A DNA stretch of 64,000 bases, taken from assembly GCA_965204725.1 (NCBI GenBank), contig OZ242005.1, forward strand, positions 2,592,001 to 2,656,000. The letters run 5' to 3'. This DNA is from Candidatus Latescibacterota bacterium. GTDB lineage: Bacteria; Latescibacterota; UBA2968; UBA8231. How positions within the stretch are numbered: position 1 is the stretch's first letter; each line of letters begins with the position of its first letter. The notes under the pieces were generated by a model. It did not search any database and was not told the origin of the DNA. It worked only from the letters and a program-made list of their open reading frames with translations. Positions 1-7,821 of the stretch are shown here, piece by piece. A program made the position numbers and the translations under genes.

Positions 1-2
1 CA

Positions 3-623
3 GAGACCGGCTACGGCTACATCCGCCGCGGCCCGGTGCTGGCCGAGGTGCGCGGGACGCCGGTGTACGCCGTGGCCGAGTTTGCGGAAAAGCCCGCTGC
101 ACCACAGGCGACCGAGTACGCAGCCAGCGGCCACTACTTGTGGAATAGCAACACGTTTGTCTGGAAGGCGGCGACCGTGCTGGAGCTTTTCGCCCGCTTT
201 GAGCCAACCCTGTACGCCGGGTTGCAGCGCATCCAAGCAGCCGTTGGCACGCCGGAAGAGGACGCGGTCATCGCCCGCGAGTATCCACAACTCAAGCCGA
301 TCTCCATCGATCACGCCTTAGTCGAGCGCGCCCCCAAGGTGGCTACGCTGGCGGCGGACATTGACTGGGGCGACATCGGTTCTTGGGCCGCGCTGACGGA
401 TGTATTGCCGACGGATGCGGCGGGCAATTTGCTGGCGGGCGAGGTGGTGGCATTGGACGCGGCCCGTTCGACGGTGTACGGGCAAGGCGACAAGATCGTG
501 CTGCTATTGGGGGTGGAGGATTTGGTCGTGGTGGATACCCAAGACGCGCTGCTGGTGTGCGCCAAGGGGGCGGCGCAGCAGGTGAAAGACGCGGTGGCCC
601 GTCTCCAAGAGAAATATCGCTGA
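3..623 (+). CDS. manC: Mannose-1-phosphate guanylyltransferase, 5' end outside the window
   Basis: Frame open from the window start: ETGYGYI, FAEKP, YLWNS, ISIDHALVE, WGDIGSW, LVVVDTQDALLVC are ManC motifs. Confidence 0.9.
   Translation, partial: ETGYGYIRRGPVLAEVRGTPVYAVAEFAEKPAAPQATEYAASGHYLWNSNTFVWKAATVLELFARFEPTLYAGLQRIQAAVGTPEEDAVIAREYPQLKPISIDHALVERAPKVATLAADIDWGDIGSWAALTDVLPTDAAGNLLAGEVVALDAARSTVYGQGDKIVLLLGVEDLVVVDTQDALLVCAKGAAQQVKDAVARLQEKYR
406..620 (+). repeat. Intact manC 3' end; left copy of a degenerate direct repeat whose partner is 5731-5890
   Basis: Collinear shared blocks TGCCGACGGA.GCGGCGGGC, GAGGTGGTGGC.TTGGAC, GACAA.ATCGTGCTGCTA, GCTGCTGGTGTGCGC, GAAAGACGCGG, AAGAGAAATA.CGC. 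Confidence 0.85.
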
Positions 624-643
624 AAACCCGCCAAGTTGATTTT

Positions 644-919
644 TTAGCCCTGATTGGGGCTTATAGGTTGCGTAAAGCCAGTTAGCAAGGAAAAAATGAT
701 GAGACCCAAGATTGCGATCAATAAGTAGCAGCCGAGCATTCGCTTAAATGATCCCTGATACTCTCTATCAAAACGTTCAGCAAATGTCCCGTCTTTCTTG
801 TCGCCTGACATCGCTCTCATTGCCGCGCCTATACCTAACAGTAGAAAAAGGATCGCCACTGGTGGCAATGGTATTGTCGCGAAGGCGAGTATAACAAGAA
901 TGACAGCAAGGCATCCCAT
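644..919 (-). CDS. Small membrane protein (91 aa)
   Basis: GGAGG upstream of ATG; N-terminal hydrophobic hairpin and a C-terminal TM segment. Confidence 0.6.
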   Translation of the reverse strand: MGCLAVILVILAFATIPLPPVAILFLLLGIGAAMRAMSGDKKDGTFAERFDREYQGSFKRMLGCYLLIAILGLIIFSLLTGFTQPISPNQG

Positions 920-1011
920 TGATTTTCCTCCGAATTTTCGGAGCTATAGCAGTCCTAAATGACTCGAAAGCATGGAATGTTGATCGGCACGGTCTTTTTT
1001 GCCTATCAGGC

Positions 1012-1038
1012 GTCATTCCCGCGAACGCGGGAATCCAG
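1012..1038. repeat. dRS3/REP-like palindrome GTCATTCCCGCGAACGCGGGAATCCAG
   Basis: ATTCCC-N8-GGGAAT core at 1015-1034. Confidence 0.75.
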
Positions 1039-1075
1039 TCTTGAAGGATGTAGGATGGCTATATTTAACAAGGTA

Positions 1076-1903
1076 TCAGAACGCTTCATTCACCATCAGC
1101 TTGTAGAAACGCGCCTCCACGGCCCTCAAACGATCTTGATAGAGCTTTTTGTCCGTTGGGCCGGTTGAATCAAAAACTCTCACGAAAAACCGGCACTTTC
1201 TCGATTTAGACCACTCGAATAAGTCAGACGTTGAAGAAAGAAAAAGTTGTTCCGATACATCTTGATCCAAGACGATGTTTTGAATGGGTAGCGTCTGCCG
1301 TTCACTCGCTCGCTGCGGCAGGTCGGTCTCCCGCACGACTAGGCCAGCGGGCGTCAGGTTCACGTCGTATATGTATTCAATGGTTCCATCGTCGAGCGTC
1401 CAGCAGGATGGAACCTCGGTCCCTTTGCCGGCTGAGTATTCCTGCACCAGTTCCAATAGCTTTTCTACATTCCTCTCGCCAGCCGGTAGAAGCTCCCGAA
1501 TGGTTGAGTACTCACGTCCCATTTCTAGCGTGTTTATTATAGCTTCCGGTTCGGACAAAAAGCCAGCTTCCTCTGCGGTGCTGTGAAGCCTTTCAAGCTG
1601 TTGCTTTGCATCGCTGAGAAGTACCAATTCCCGCTGTAATTCCTCGATATTCTTACCGCCATCTGGCAGTATCTCTTGGATGGCGGCAAACTGCGCCTCA
1701 AGTTGTGCCTCAAGTAGGGTGATTGTTTCTTGCCGTTCCTCTGCGACGCGCTCGGCTTCCTTCTGCTTCTCTTGTTGGCGCACCAACAAGGCGGCAAAAG
1801 CGAGCAGTAGAACGAAGATGATGAGAATGGCGATCTCAGCCATGGTGAGGCCGAGAATAAGACCTCGTCGGTAGGCAGAGGTCTGCTTTCCAAGGGATGC
1901 CAT
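1076..1903 (-). CDS. MotB/ZorB-like single-TM protein with coiled coil and a non-OmpA C-terminal domain
   Basis: N-terminal GLTMAEIAILIIFVLLL TM with an intramembrane acidic residue; lies directly after a MotA-like gene; C-terminal PSCW...CRFFVRVFD. Confidence 0.6.
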   Translation of the reverse strand: MASLGKQTSAYRRGLILGLTMAEIAILIIFVLLLAFAALLVRQQEKQKEAERVAEERQETITLLEAQLEAQFAAIQEILPDGGKNIEELQRELVLLSDAKQQLERLHSTAEEAGFLSEPEAIINTLEMGREYSTIRELLPAGERNVEKLLELVQEYSAGKGTEVPSCWTLDDGTIEYIYDVNLTPAGLVVRETDLPQRASERQTLPIQNIVLDQDVSEQLFLSSTSDLFEWSKSRKCRFFVRVFDSTGPTDKKLYQDRLRAVEARFYKLMVNEAF

Positions 1904-1929
1904 ATTGATTTGTGTTCAGTCTCGCCTTG

Positions 1930-3195
1930 CTACTTCTCGTCTTTGTCTTGACGGGCTCGCCATTCGTCAAACCGCGTGTAACTAGCTTGTAGTTCTTGTT
2001 CGTTCGTGTTTGTCTCTGCGGATTGCGTCTCTTGTTGATCGGTTTTTCTATCTGCGGCTCGGAGTTTGGCTTGGTCGGTGTCGCTCATAAACTGCGCCGC
2101 CAGATCGGTCGTGCGAGGCGGAATAGCTTCCTTTTCAATCTGCTGGATCGGAACTTTCAGCAGCCGTTCGAGCAGGTCTTCGGGCACGTTCAGCCTGTTG
2201 ATCTTCTCAACAAGCTCTCCTATGCTGGCAGATACCTCGTTTGCAGCCTGTTGTAAACCTCGCTCTAATTCGTCGGTCGGAATCTGCACACTGTTGAGTC
2301 GATTCGCGAGTGCTTCTCCGGCTGCGCCAATTTGTTCGGCCCCCGCTTTAATCTGCTCGATCGGAACTTTCAGCAACTGTTCGAGTAGGTCTTCGGGCAC
2401 GTTCAGCCTGTTAATCTTCTCGACAAGTTCTCCTATGCTGGCAGATACTGCGTCCGAACTGACATTTATCACACCCACACTAGCAGACACCGCGTCCGAA
2501 CTAGCTTTTACTGCACTGTCGAGGTTTGATACTCGCTCATTGAGACCGGACACCGTATTGCCGAAACTGTCGAGGTTGGCTTGAAACTGCTCGCGACTTT
2601 CTTCAACGGTTTTGGTGAAGCGAGTAACTGATGCCTTGAATTGAGAAATAGCTTCCTTTTGTCTGTCGGAGCTCTCTCTAAGAATTTGCTCTAGCTCTAT
2701 TCTAAAAGTTGAAAACTTGCTTAGTTGATAATCAAGTTCGGATACTCTCTCGCTGAGATCGGATACCACATTGCCGAATTCGGATACCACATTGCCGAAT
2801 TTGGAGGTGGCTTCTTCTTCTGGGGATTCTTCAGATTGGTTAAATAAGACCCGGAAAATGATGCCAAATATCGTCGAAGCGATAGCGATGCCAAAATTCG
2901 TGATGATTTGGGTAATTTTTTCGCCAGATTCTTCACTGAGGGAAAATTCAAAAAGCGACACCCCCAAGCTGACGAGGGTATATAAAAACCCAAGGTAATA
3001 GAGGTTATCGCCGACTTTACCGAGTAGATGTTTCTGCTTGCGACAATACCAATAATACCCTGCATATATCAACATGATCGCAACGGGAAAGGCAGTCACG
3101 AAAACCTGATTCACATGGAGCTGCTTGAGAATTATAATCCCTACAGCTCCTATCAAGAAACATGCAAAGAGAATCTGTGAATCTCGTTTATCCAT
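1930..3195 (-). CDS. MotA/TolQ/ExbB (ZorA-like) channel protein with long repetitive helical tail
   Basis: Four TMs; GDNLYYLGFLYTL and NFGIAIASTIFGI resemble the two Thr-bearing channel helices; about 300-aa heptad-rich tail. Confidence 0.7.
   Translation of the reverse strand: MDKRDSQILFACFLIGAVGIIILKQLHVNQVFVTAFPVAIMLIYAGYYWYCRKQKHLLGKVGDNLYYLGFLYTLVSLGVSLFEFSLSEESGEKITQIITNFGIAIASTIFGIIFRVLFNQSEESPEEEATSKFGNVVSEFGNVVSDLSERVSELDYQLSKFSTFRIELEQILRESSDRQKEAISQFKASVTRFTKTVEESREQFQANLDSFGNTVSGLNERVSNLDSAVKASSDAVSASVGVINVSSDAVSASIGELVEKINRLNVPEDLLEQLLKVPIEQIKAGAEQIGAAGEALANRLNSVQIPTDELERGLQQAANEVSASIGELVEKINRLNVPEDLLERLLKVPIQQIEKEAIPPRTTDLAAQFMSDTDQAKLRAADRKTDQQETQSAETNTNEQELQASYTRFDEWRARQDKDEK
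2137..2448. repeat. In-frame 99-bp direct repeat (2137-2235 and 2350-2448) in the ZorA-like tail
   Basis: Encodes SASIGELVEKINRLNVPEDLLE.LLKVPI.QI twice, offset 213 bp. Confidence 0.9.
2759..2800. repeat. Perfect 21-bp tandem repeat, two copies (one heptad each)
   Basis: TCGGATACCACATTGCCGAAT twice; encodes FGNVVS(E/D). Confidence 0.9.
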
Positions 3196-4007
3196 CAGTC
3201 GTTCATCCCGGAGGTTCTAAGTACGCGTACTACTTGGCCTCCGTGCTGCGAGAGCCAAGATTGGAAGAATTTCAACGGAGGGCCGCCGTCTCCCTGCTGT
3301 CGTTGCCGCCGCTGAATGAGCCATAGTTCTATATCGACGCCCCGCAGATCGGGGTTTAGGCCGCGAGATTCATGGGTGTGCTGGAAGCGGTCGAAATCTG
3401 GCGGCTCCCGATAAAACGAACAGGCGGCACTATTCTGTAGAAGGTCTGAGATAATGATGAGACGCCGTGGGACCGTGCGACGTTTGGTGTCTTGGAAATG
3501 CGTTAGGGAAATCGACTGCACGGATTCCATAATGGGCGACGATGGTGCTTCCTTTTCGGCGAGCAGGGTTTGCAGTTCTTCTTCTAGAGGTTGCCGGAAT
3601 TTCTTCTGCCAGTTTCGACGAACTATTGCTTGGGATTGGACTAGCGGATCGACGTTTTCAGGGTCGCCGGGATTGCAGACCTTAATGATCGGATCGAGGC
3701 CGCGTTCTTGCGTGGATTCCACTGCAAAAAGGCTAATTTCGTGATTTTCTTTGGCCGTATCTAACAGGTTCTGGATTTGAACTTTCAGGTCGTTCTTGGT
3801 CTGAGCACCAAAGGAATCGGTGCGGTCGAGCAGAAGGGCCGTAATCGAATACGGCCCCTCGGTTCTGCAAAGGGTTTCGGGATCGCGGACGATGGGATCG
3901 GGTTTCAACAGTACTAGAGCAACTATAGCTACGAGAACTAGGGCCATCATCGTCCCACCGGCGATGTAGTACCACAGCCCGTCTGGTAGCCTATCTTTTA
4001 ATGACAT
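3195..4007 (-). CDS. Membrane-anchored vWA-like (MIDAS) protein
   Basis: N-terminal TM; LLLDRTDS (DxSxS-like), SSPIMES, LIIISDLLQNS; stop overlaps the start of the MotA-like gene. Confidence 0.65.
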   Translation of the reverse strand: MSLKDRLPDGLWYYIAGGTMMALVLVAIVALVLLKPDPIVRDPETLCRTEGPYSITALLLDRTDSFGAQTKNDLKVQIQNLLDTAKENHEISLFAVESTQERGLDPIIKVCNPGDPENVDPLVQSQAIVRRNWQKKFRQPLEEELQTLLAEKEAPSSPIMESVQSISLTHFQDTKRRTVPRRLIIISDLLQNSAACSFYREPPDFDRFQHTHESRGLNPDLRGVDIELWLIQRRQRQQGDGGPPLKFFQSWLSQHGGQVVRVLRTSGMND

Positions 4008-4056
4008 GAGCGATCTTTCCGCTTGTTTTTTCGTCTCGACATAATCGGCAGCTAGG

Positions 4057-5454
4057 CTATTCGGTTGGTGGTGGTAGGCGGTGCGGGGCCAATTCCCGCC
4101 ACTCCTTACTATTACGGACGCTATCGTACTTTTCTTTCAATTCCTCCGCGCCGTCCTTAACGCCTGCTCTCGTCTCAGCAATGATCTCTGAAATTTCTTC
4201 GCGTTTCAGCAAAGCCTCTGGCAAGGCACTGTCCATTGGCGATCGTTCTTCCAATTCCCATTTATCATTGAAGCGAGTAGGTGCTTCTCCGCCTCGGCTC
4301 GCACGGTTAACCTCTCGGTAGCGTTTGAGCAAATCGTCTCCTGCCCGCTCCAAGTGGTTGAGGTAGTCCTCGTGCGACTTGATAACGTGCCTATGTCCGT
4401 CCAAGATAGACACGCGGGCCGCCTCGAATCCCGTGAGTCTTTGCTCGATGCTGTTCAGTGTTTTGACCGCCTCATCAAATATCTTTTCTAGGTCTTTTTG
4501 ATGATTGTCATAAGCAGCTTGGTAGTCTTCATATTCACCCTGATAGCGATAGAACACCTTGCTATAACCGGGGTAGGGATCGCCAGCCAATTTTATGCCA
4601 TCGATAAAGCTAATAATTGCAAATAGGAAGCCCATGCAGAACAGCATCCATGACTGGAAGTCCCTTAATCCCAATGGATTCTCGCGAAAAGCAGACATGG
4701 CTAGCTGCCCGCCTTCGTCGAGCACGGTGCCCGTTATTTCTCGATAGTGTGCAACCATTAGGTTAAAGAAGAAGGCAAAGACTACAAATGCAACTGCGGC
4801 GAGGATGCCCACGGATTTTCTACGCCAGTCAATATGGTGACAGTAGGTAATAAGCCGCCTCCCGAGTAAGAAAGCGACCCCGAGATTGGCAAACGAAATA
4901 ACAATAGCTTCAGTATAGGCACCGAATAGCCCCAATTCGTTGCCCTTTGCCAGAAAGGACGCATTGCCCAAGGTCTCAATTAGAAAGAGCAGGGCGATAA
5001 TACCTGAAGCAAAAAACTTGTATGCCCCACTATTTTGCTTAATCGCCTCGCGATACAGGTCATTGTCCTTCTGAAACTTCGTCAAGCGATCTTCTGCTAT
5101 TTTTAACGCTCTTTTCTTCGATCGCAAATTCGTTTTAGCATTCTCGACCTTCTGTTCAAGTTTTACTTTACTATTGCGAATTTCTCCATCAACAGCACCA
5201 ATAGAGTGATTGCGGAATTCTGTGTTGAGTTTGATAAGACGCTTGCGGTATGCGTCTAGCTCTTCATCGCCTCTATCCTTTGCTTTTGACTGATATGTGC
5301 TGATCCGCCCGACAATCTTATTTTCGGTGTCGTCGAGGCTTGGATTGTCTAGCGCAGGCAATCCCCGTTTCGCTGCTGCTTCAGCCTCTTCTGTTAGATG
5401 CAGTTCTTCTGCTATCTTACTTACATCGACTTTCTCAAACAGGTCAGTTGGCAT
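4057..5454 (-). CDS. Multi-pass membrane protein flanked by long coiled coils
   Basis: GAGGAGG 8 nt before ATG 5454 (ORF track starts at GTG 5487); four central hydrophobic segments; charged helical ends. Confidence 0.75.
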   Translation of the reverse strand: MPTDLFEKVDVSKIAEELHLTEEAEAAAKRGLPALDNPSLDDTENKIVGRISTYQSKAKDRGDEELDAYRKRLIKLNTEFRNHSIGAVDGEIRNSKVKLEQKVENAKTNLRSKKRALKIAEDRLTKFQKDNDLYREAIKQNSGAYKFFASGIIALLFLIETLGNASFLAKGNELGLFGAYTEAIVISFANLGVAFLLGRRLITYCHHIDWRRKSVGILAAVAFVVFAFFFNLMVAHYREITGTVLDEGGQLAMSAFRENPLGLRDFQSWMLFCMGFLFAIISFIDGIKLAGDPYPGYSKVFYRYQGEYEDYQAAYDNHQKDLEKIFDEAVKTLNSIEQRLTGFEAARVSILDGHRHVIKSHEDYLNHLERAGDDLLKRYREVNRASRGGEAPTRFNDKWELEERSPMDSALPEALLKREEISEIIAETRAGVKDGAEELKEKYDSVRNSKEWRELAPHRLPPPTE

Positions 5455-5550
5455 CGCATGGTCCTCCTCATGGGTAAAATCAGTCACCTAGGGGCGTTTG
5501 ATCCACCAACGGGTATAAGAATGCAACGACCCAGCAGGGTGCCGGGCCAT

Positions 5551-5682
5551 GTAGCCATCTCACAGGTTTTTAGGAGAAGTTCTGCCTATTTGCCGGGCTT
5601 CAGGGAGCTACCCTGTGCCGAATAAAGGCTATTTTATTCAACAGATAACCCGACGGGGCGCGGGCACCTGTGATATGGCTAC
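5551..5682 (-). other. Candidate structured 5' leader or small RNA
   Basis: 17-bp inverted repeat (5551-5567 and 5666-5682, one mismatch) enclosing CAGGG/CCCTG and GAATAAA/TTTATTC hairpins. Confidence 0.45.
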
Positions 5683-5690
5683 GGGCAAGA

Positions 5691-5718
5691 AAGATATAGC
5701 GGTAATTTTTTCGGTCAA
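5691..5718 (-). promoter_or_regulatory. Putative sigma70 promoter of the cassette 1 operon
   Basis: TTGACC-16 nt-TATCTT on the minus strand. Confidence 0.45.
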
Positions 5719-5730
5719 CAAAAAAATCGC

Positions 5731-5890
5731 CTGCCGACGGACGCGGCGGGCGAGGTGGTGGCGTTGGACTCGGCCTTACGGGCAGGCCGACAAAATCGTG
5801 CTGCTACTGGACTTGGTGCTGCTGGTGTGCGCGAAAGGAGCGGACTCGCAAGCGAAAGACGCGGCGGAGCACCTCAAAGAGAAATACCGC
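5731..5890 (+). pseudogene. Decayed, displaced manC 3' end
   Basis: Translates in pieces to LPTDAAGEVVALD / YGQADKIVLLL / LLVCAKGA...KDA...LKEKYR, with internal deletions relative to 406-620. Confidence 0.85.
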
Positions 5891-5895
5891 GAGTT

Positions 5896-6653
5896 TCACT
5901 CCACGTCGAGGATGTAGCGCGCCAGCGGCGAGAGCCGCTCGGCGGTTTCCGGCCGCAAATACGCACGCTGGTCGGTCTGCTGCGGGTGCTCGCGGGCGAT
6001 AAAGGCGCAGTGCAGGGTGCGGCGGGGACGGCTGCTGAGGTTGCGATACGAGCCGTGCCAGAGGCTGCCATTAAACACGGCCACCGAGCCAGCGCGGCCC
6101 GTCAGATGAACCTGCTCTGGATGGTCAGCCAAACGATCGGCCAAATGGTCGGCTACCCTGCCGGATTGGCGGTGGCTGCCCGGGACGCAGCGAGTCGCGC
6201 CGTTGGCTTGGGTGAAATCGTCGAGCATCCACATGGAGTTGACCACGTGATACGGCCCGCCGGGCACAGTGGGCCGCCCCAATCCGCATGCAGGGCCTGT
6301 AAGCCGTGGCCGGGCAGTGGATCGTGCCCGTTGAGCGAGTGCAGCTTAAACGGCCGCTGCAACAGGTGGAAGACCGCCGTCAGCAGCACCGGCTGTAGGT
6401 ACACCGCGTCAAAGACAGGCCCCTTGTTGACCAGATCGGCGAGGCGGCGCACACCCTCCATTTGGGCTACCTCCGCACCGGCCCGGTCGCCCTCGCGGGC
6501 AAAAATCGCGTCAAAAGCACGGCGCAACTCGGCCAGCCAGTCGGGGCCGATGACCCCTTCCAAGACGATGAAGCCGTGGGTGTCTAGCGCACTGCATTGC
6601 GCGGGAGTCAGCGGCTGAGGGACGAATCCCCGTTGCAGTAATTCGCGGTCCAT
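5896..6653 (-). pseudogene. PhyH-family Fe(II)/2-oxoglutarate dioxygenase with a frameshift (pseudogene or sequencing error)
   Basis: HGFIVLEGV and ALHADW in one frame; VNSMWMLDDFTQANGATRCVPGSH and SLWHG in another; frame switch at the G-run near 6277-6281. Confidence 0.75.
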
Positions 6654-6657
6654 TGGC

Positions 6658-7821
6658 TTAGCGACCGGCGCGGCGGGCGAATTCACACAGGGCGGTCACG
6701 CCGCGGCGGATGTGCTCTTCTGAGGCGGCGATGGAGACGCGCACGTGGTCGCGGCACGTCTGGCCAAAGGTGCTGCCCGGCGCCACAGCCACGCGCTGCT
6801 CGTTGAGGAGCCGGACAGCGAATTCGCCAGAGTCCATGCCCGCCGCGGCGATGTCGATCATGAGGTAAATCGCGCCGCCCGGGGTATAGCGGTACAAGCC
6901 ATATTCTCTCAGGACATCAAGGGCCAAGTCGCGGCGGTGCTTATAGCTGCGGCGCATCTCGGCCACGTCATCTTGCGGGCCATTGAGCGCGTCGGCGGCC
7001 GCGAGCTGGGAAAAGCCCGTGCCGCACGAGACAAAAGGCTCTTGCAGCTTGGCGGCCAGTTCGATGTACTCGGGCTGGGCGCGGGTAAAGCCCACTCGGT
7101 AGCCGGTCATGGCGTAGCTTTTGGACATGCCGGAGACCACGATGGCGCGTCCGTCAGCGTCGTAGGGCAGGGCGCTTTGATGCGGTTGGTCAAAGACGAT
7201 CTGGCCGTAGATCTCGTCGGACAGCACCCACAAATCGCGGCGCTGGGCCCAGTGCATAAGCTGGCGCATGAGCGTCTCGTCGTACACTTGGCCGGTGGGA
7301 TTGGAGGGCGTACAGAGGAGGAGGAGTTTGGTGCGGGGGCTGACGAGGCGATCCATCTCGTCGAGGTCGGGCAGAAAGTGGTTTTCCGCCCGCAGCTTGT
7401 AAAAGACGGGTTGGCCGTGGGCCATGGAGACCGCCATCTCGTAGTTGGGCCAGCCCGGATCGGGCAACAGGGCCTCGTCGCCCGGTTCGAGCAGGGCCAG
7501 AAAAGCGGTCGCCACGCTCATGACGGCCCCGGGGGTGACGAGGATGTTTTCCTCGGTGGTCGGCACGCCGGTGCTGCGCTCGAAGTAGCGAGCTGCGGCC
7601 GCGCGCAACGCATCGACGCCGGCATTGGGGATGTACTTGGTGTGGCCGGCGCGCACGTAGCGGCAGGTGGCTTCGACAATGGGCGCGGGCGTGGCAAAAT
7701 CGGGTTGGCCTACTTCGAGGTGAATGACCTCGCCCGTTTTCTCAATGTCCCAAGCCAGTTCCATGATCTCGCGGATGCCCGAGCGAGGAATCGACGCGGC
7801 GATGCGGGCGAAAGGCTTCAT
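6658..7821 (-). CDS. PLP-dependent class I/II aminotransferase (aspartate aminotransferase-like)
   Basis: GQPDF, PSNPTG, SDEIY, SKSYAMTGYRVG. Confidence 0.9.
   Translation of the reverse strand: MKPFARIAASIPRSGIREIMELAWDIEKTGEVIHLEVGQPDFATPAPIVEATCRYVRAGHTKYIPNAGVDALRAAAARYFERSTGVPTTEENILVTPGAVMSVATAFLALLEPGDEALLPDPGWPNYEMAVSMAHGQPVFYKLRAENHFLPDLDEMDRLVSPRTKLLLLCTPSNPTGQVYDETLMRQLMHWAQRRDLWVLSDEIYGQIVFDQPHQSALPYDADGRAIVVSGMSKSYAMTGYRVGFTRAQPEYIELAAKLQEPFVSCGTGFSQLAAADALNGPQDDVAEMRRSYKHRRDLALDVLREYGLYRYTPGGAIYLMIDIAAAGMDSGEFAVRLLNEQRVAVAPGSTFGQTCRDHVRVSIAASEEHIRRGVTALCEFARRAGR

Larger units (their letters stand above)
624..5730. mobile_element. AT-richer accessory cassette 1 inserted at the manC 3' end; no integrase
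   Basis: Composition shift relative to flanks; bounded by intact and decayed copies of the manC 3' end. Confidence 0.7.

Noticed and set aside
1076-3195. Assignment as canonical Zorya or as flagellar MotAB / ExbBD
   Set aside because: No zorC/D/E-like genes, no OmpA-type domain in the B subunit, and no flagellar or TonB context
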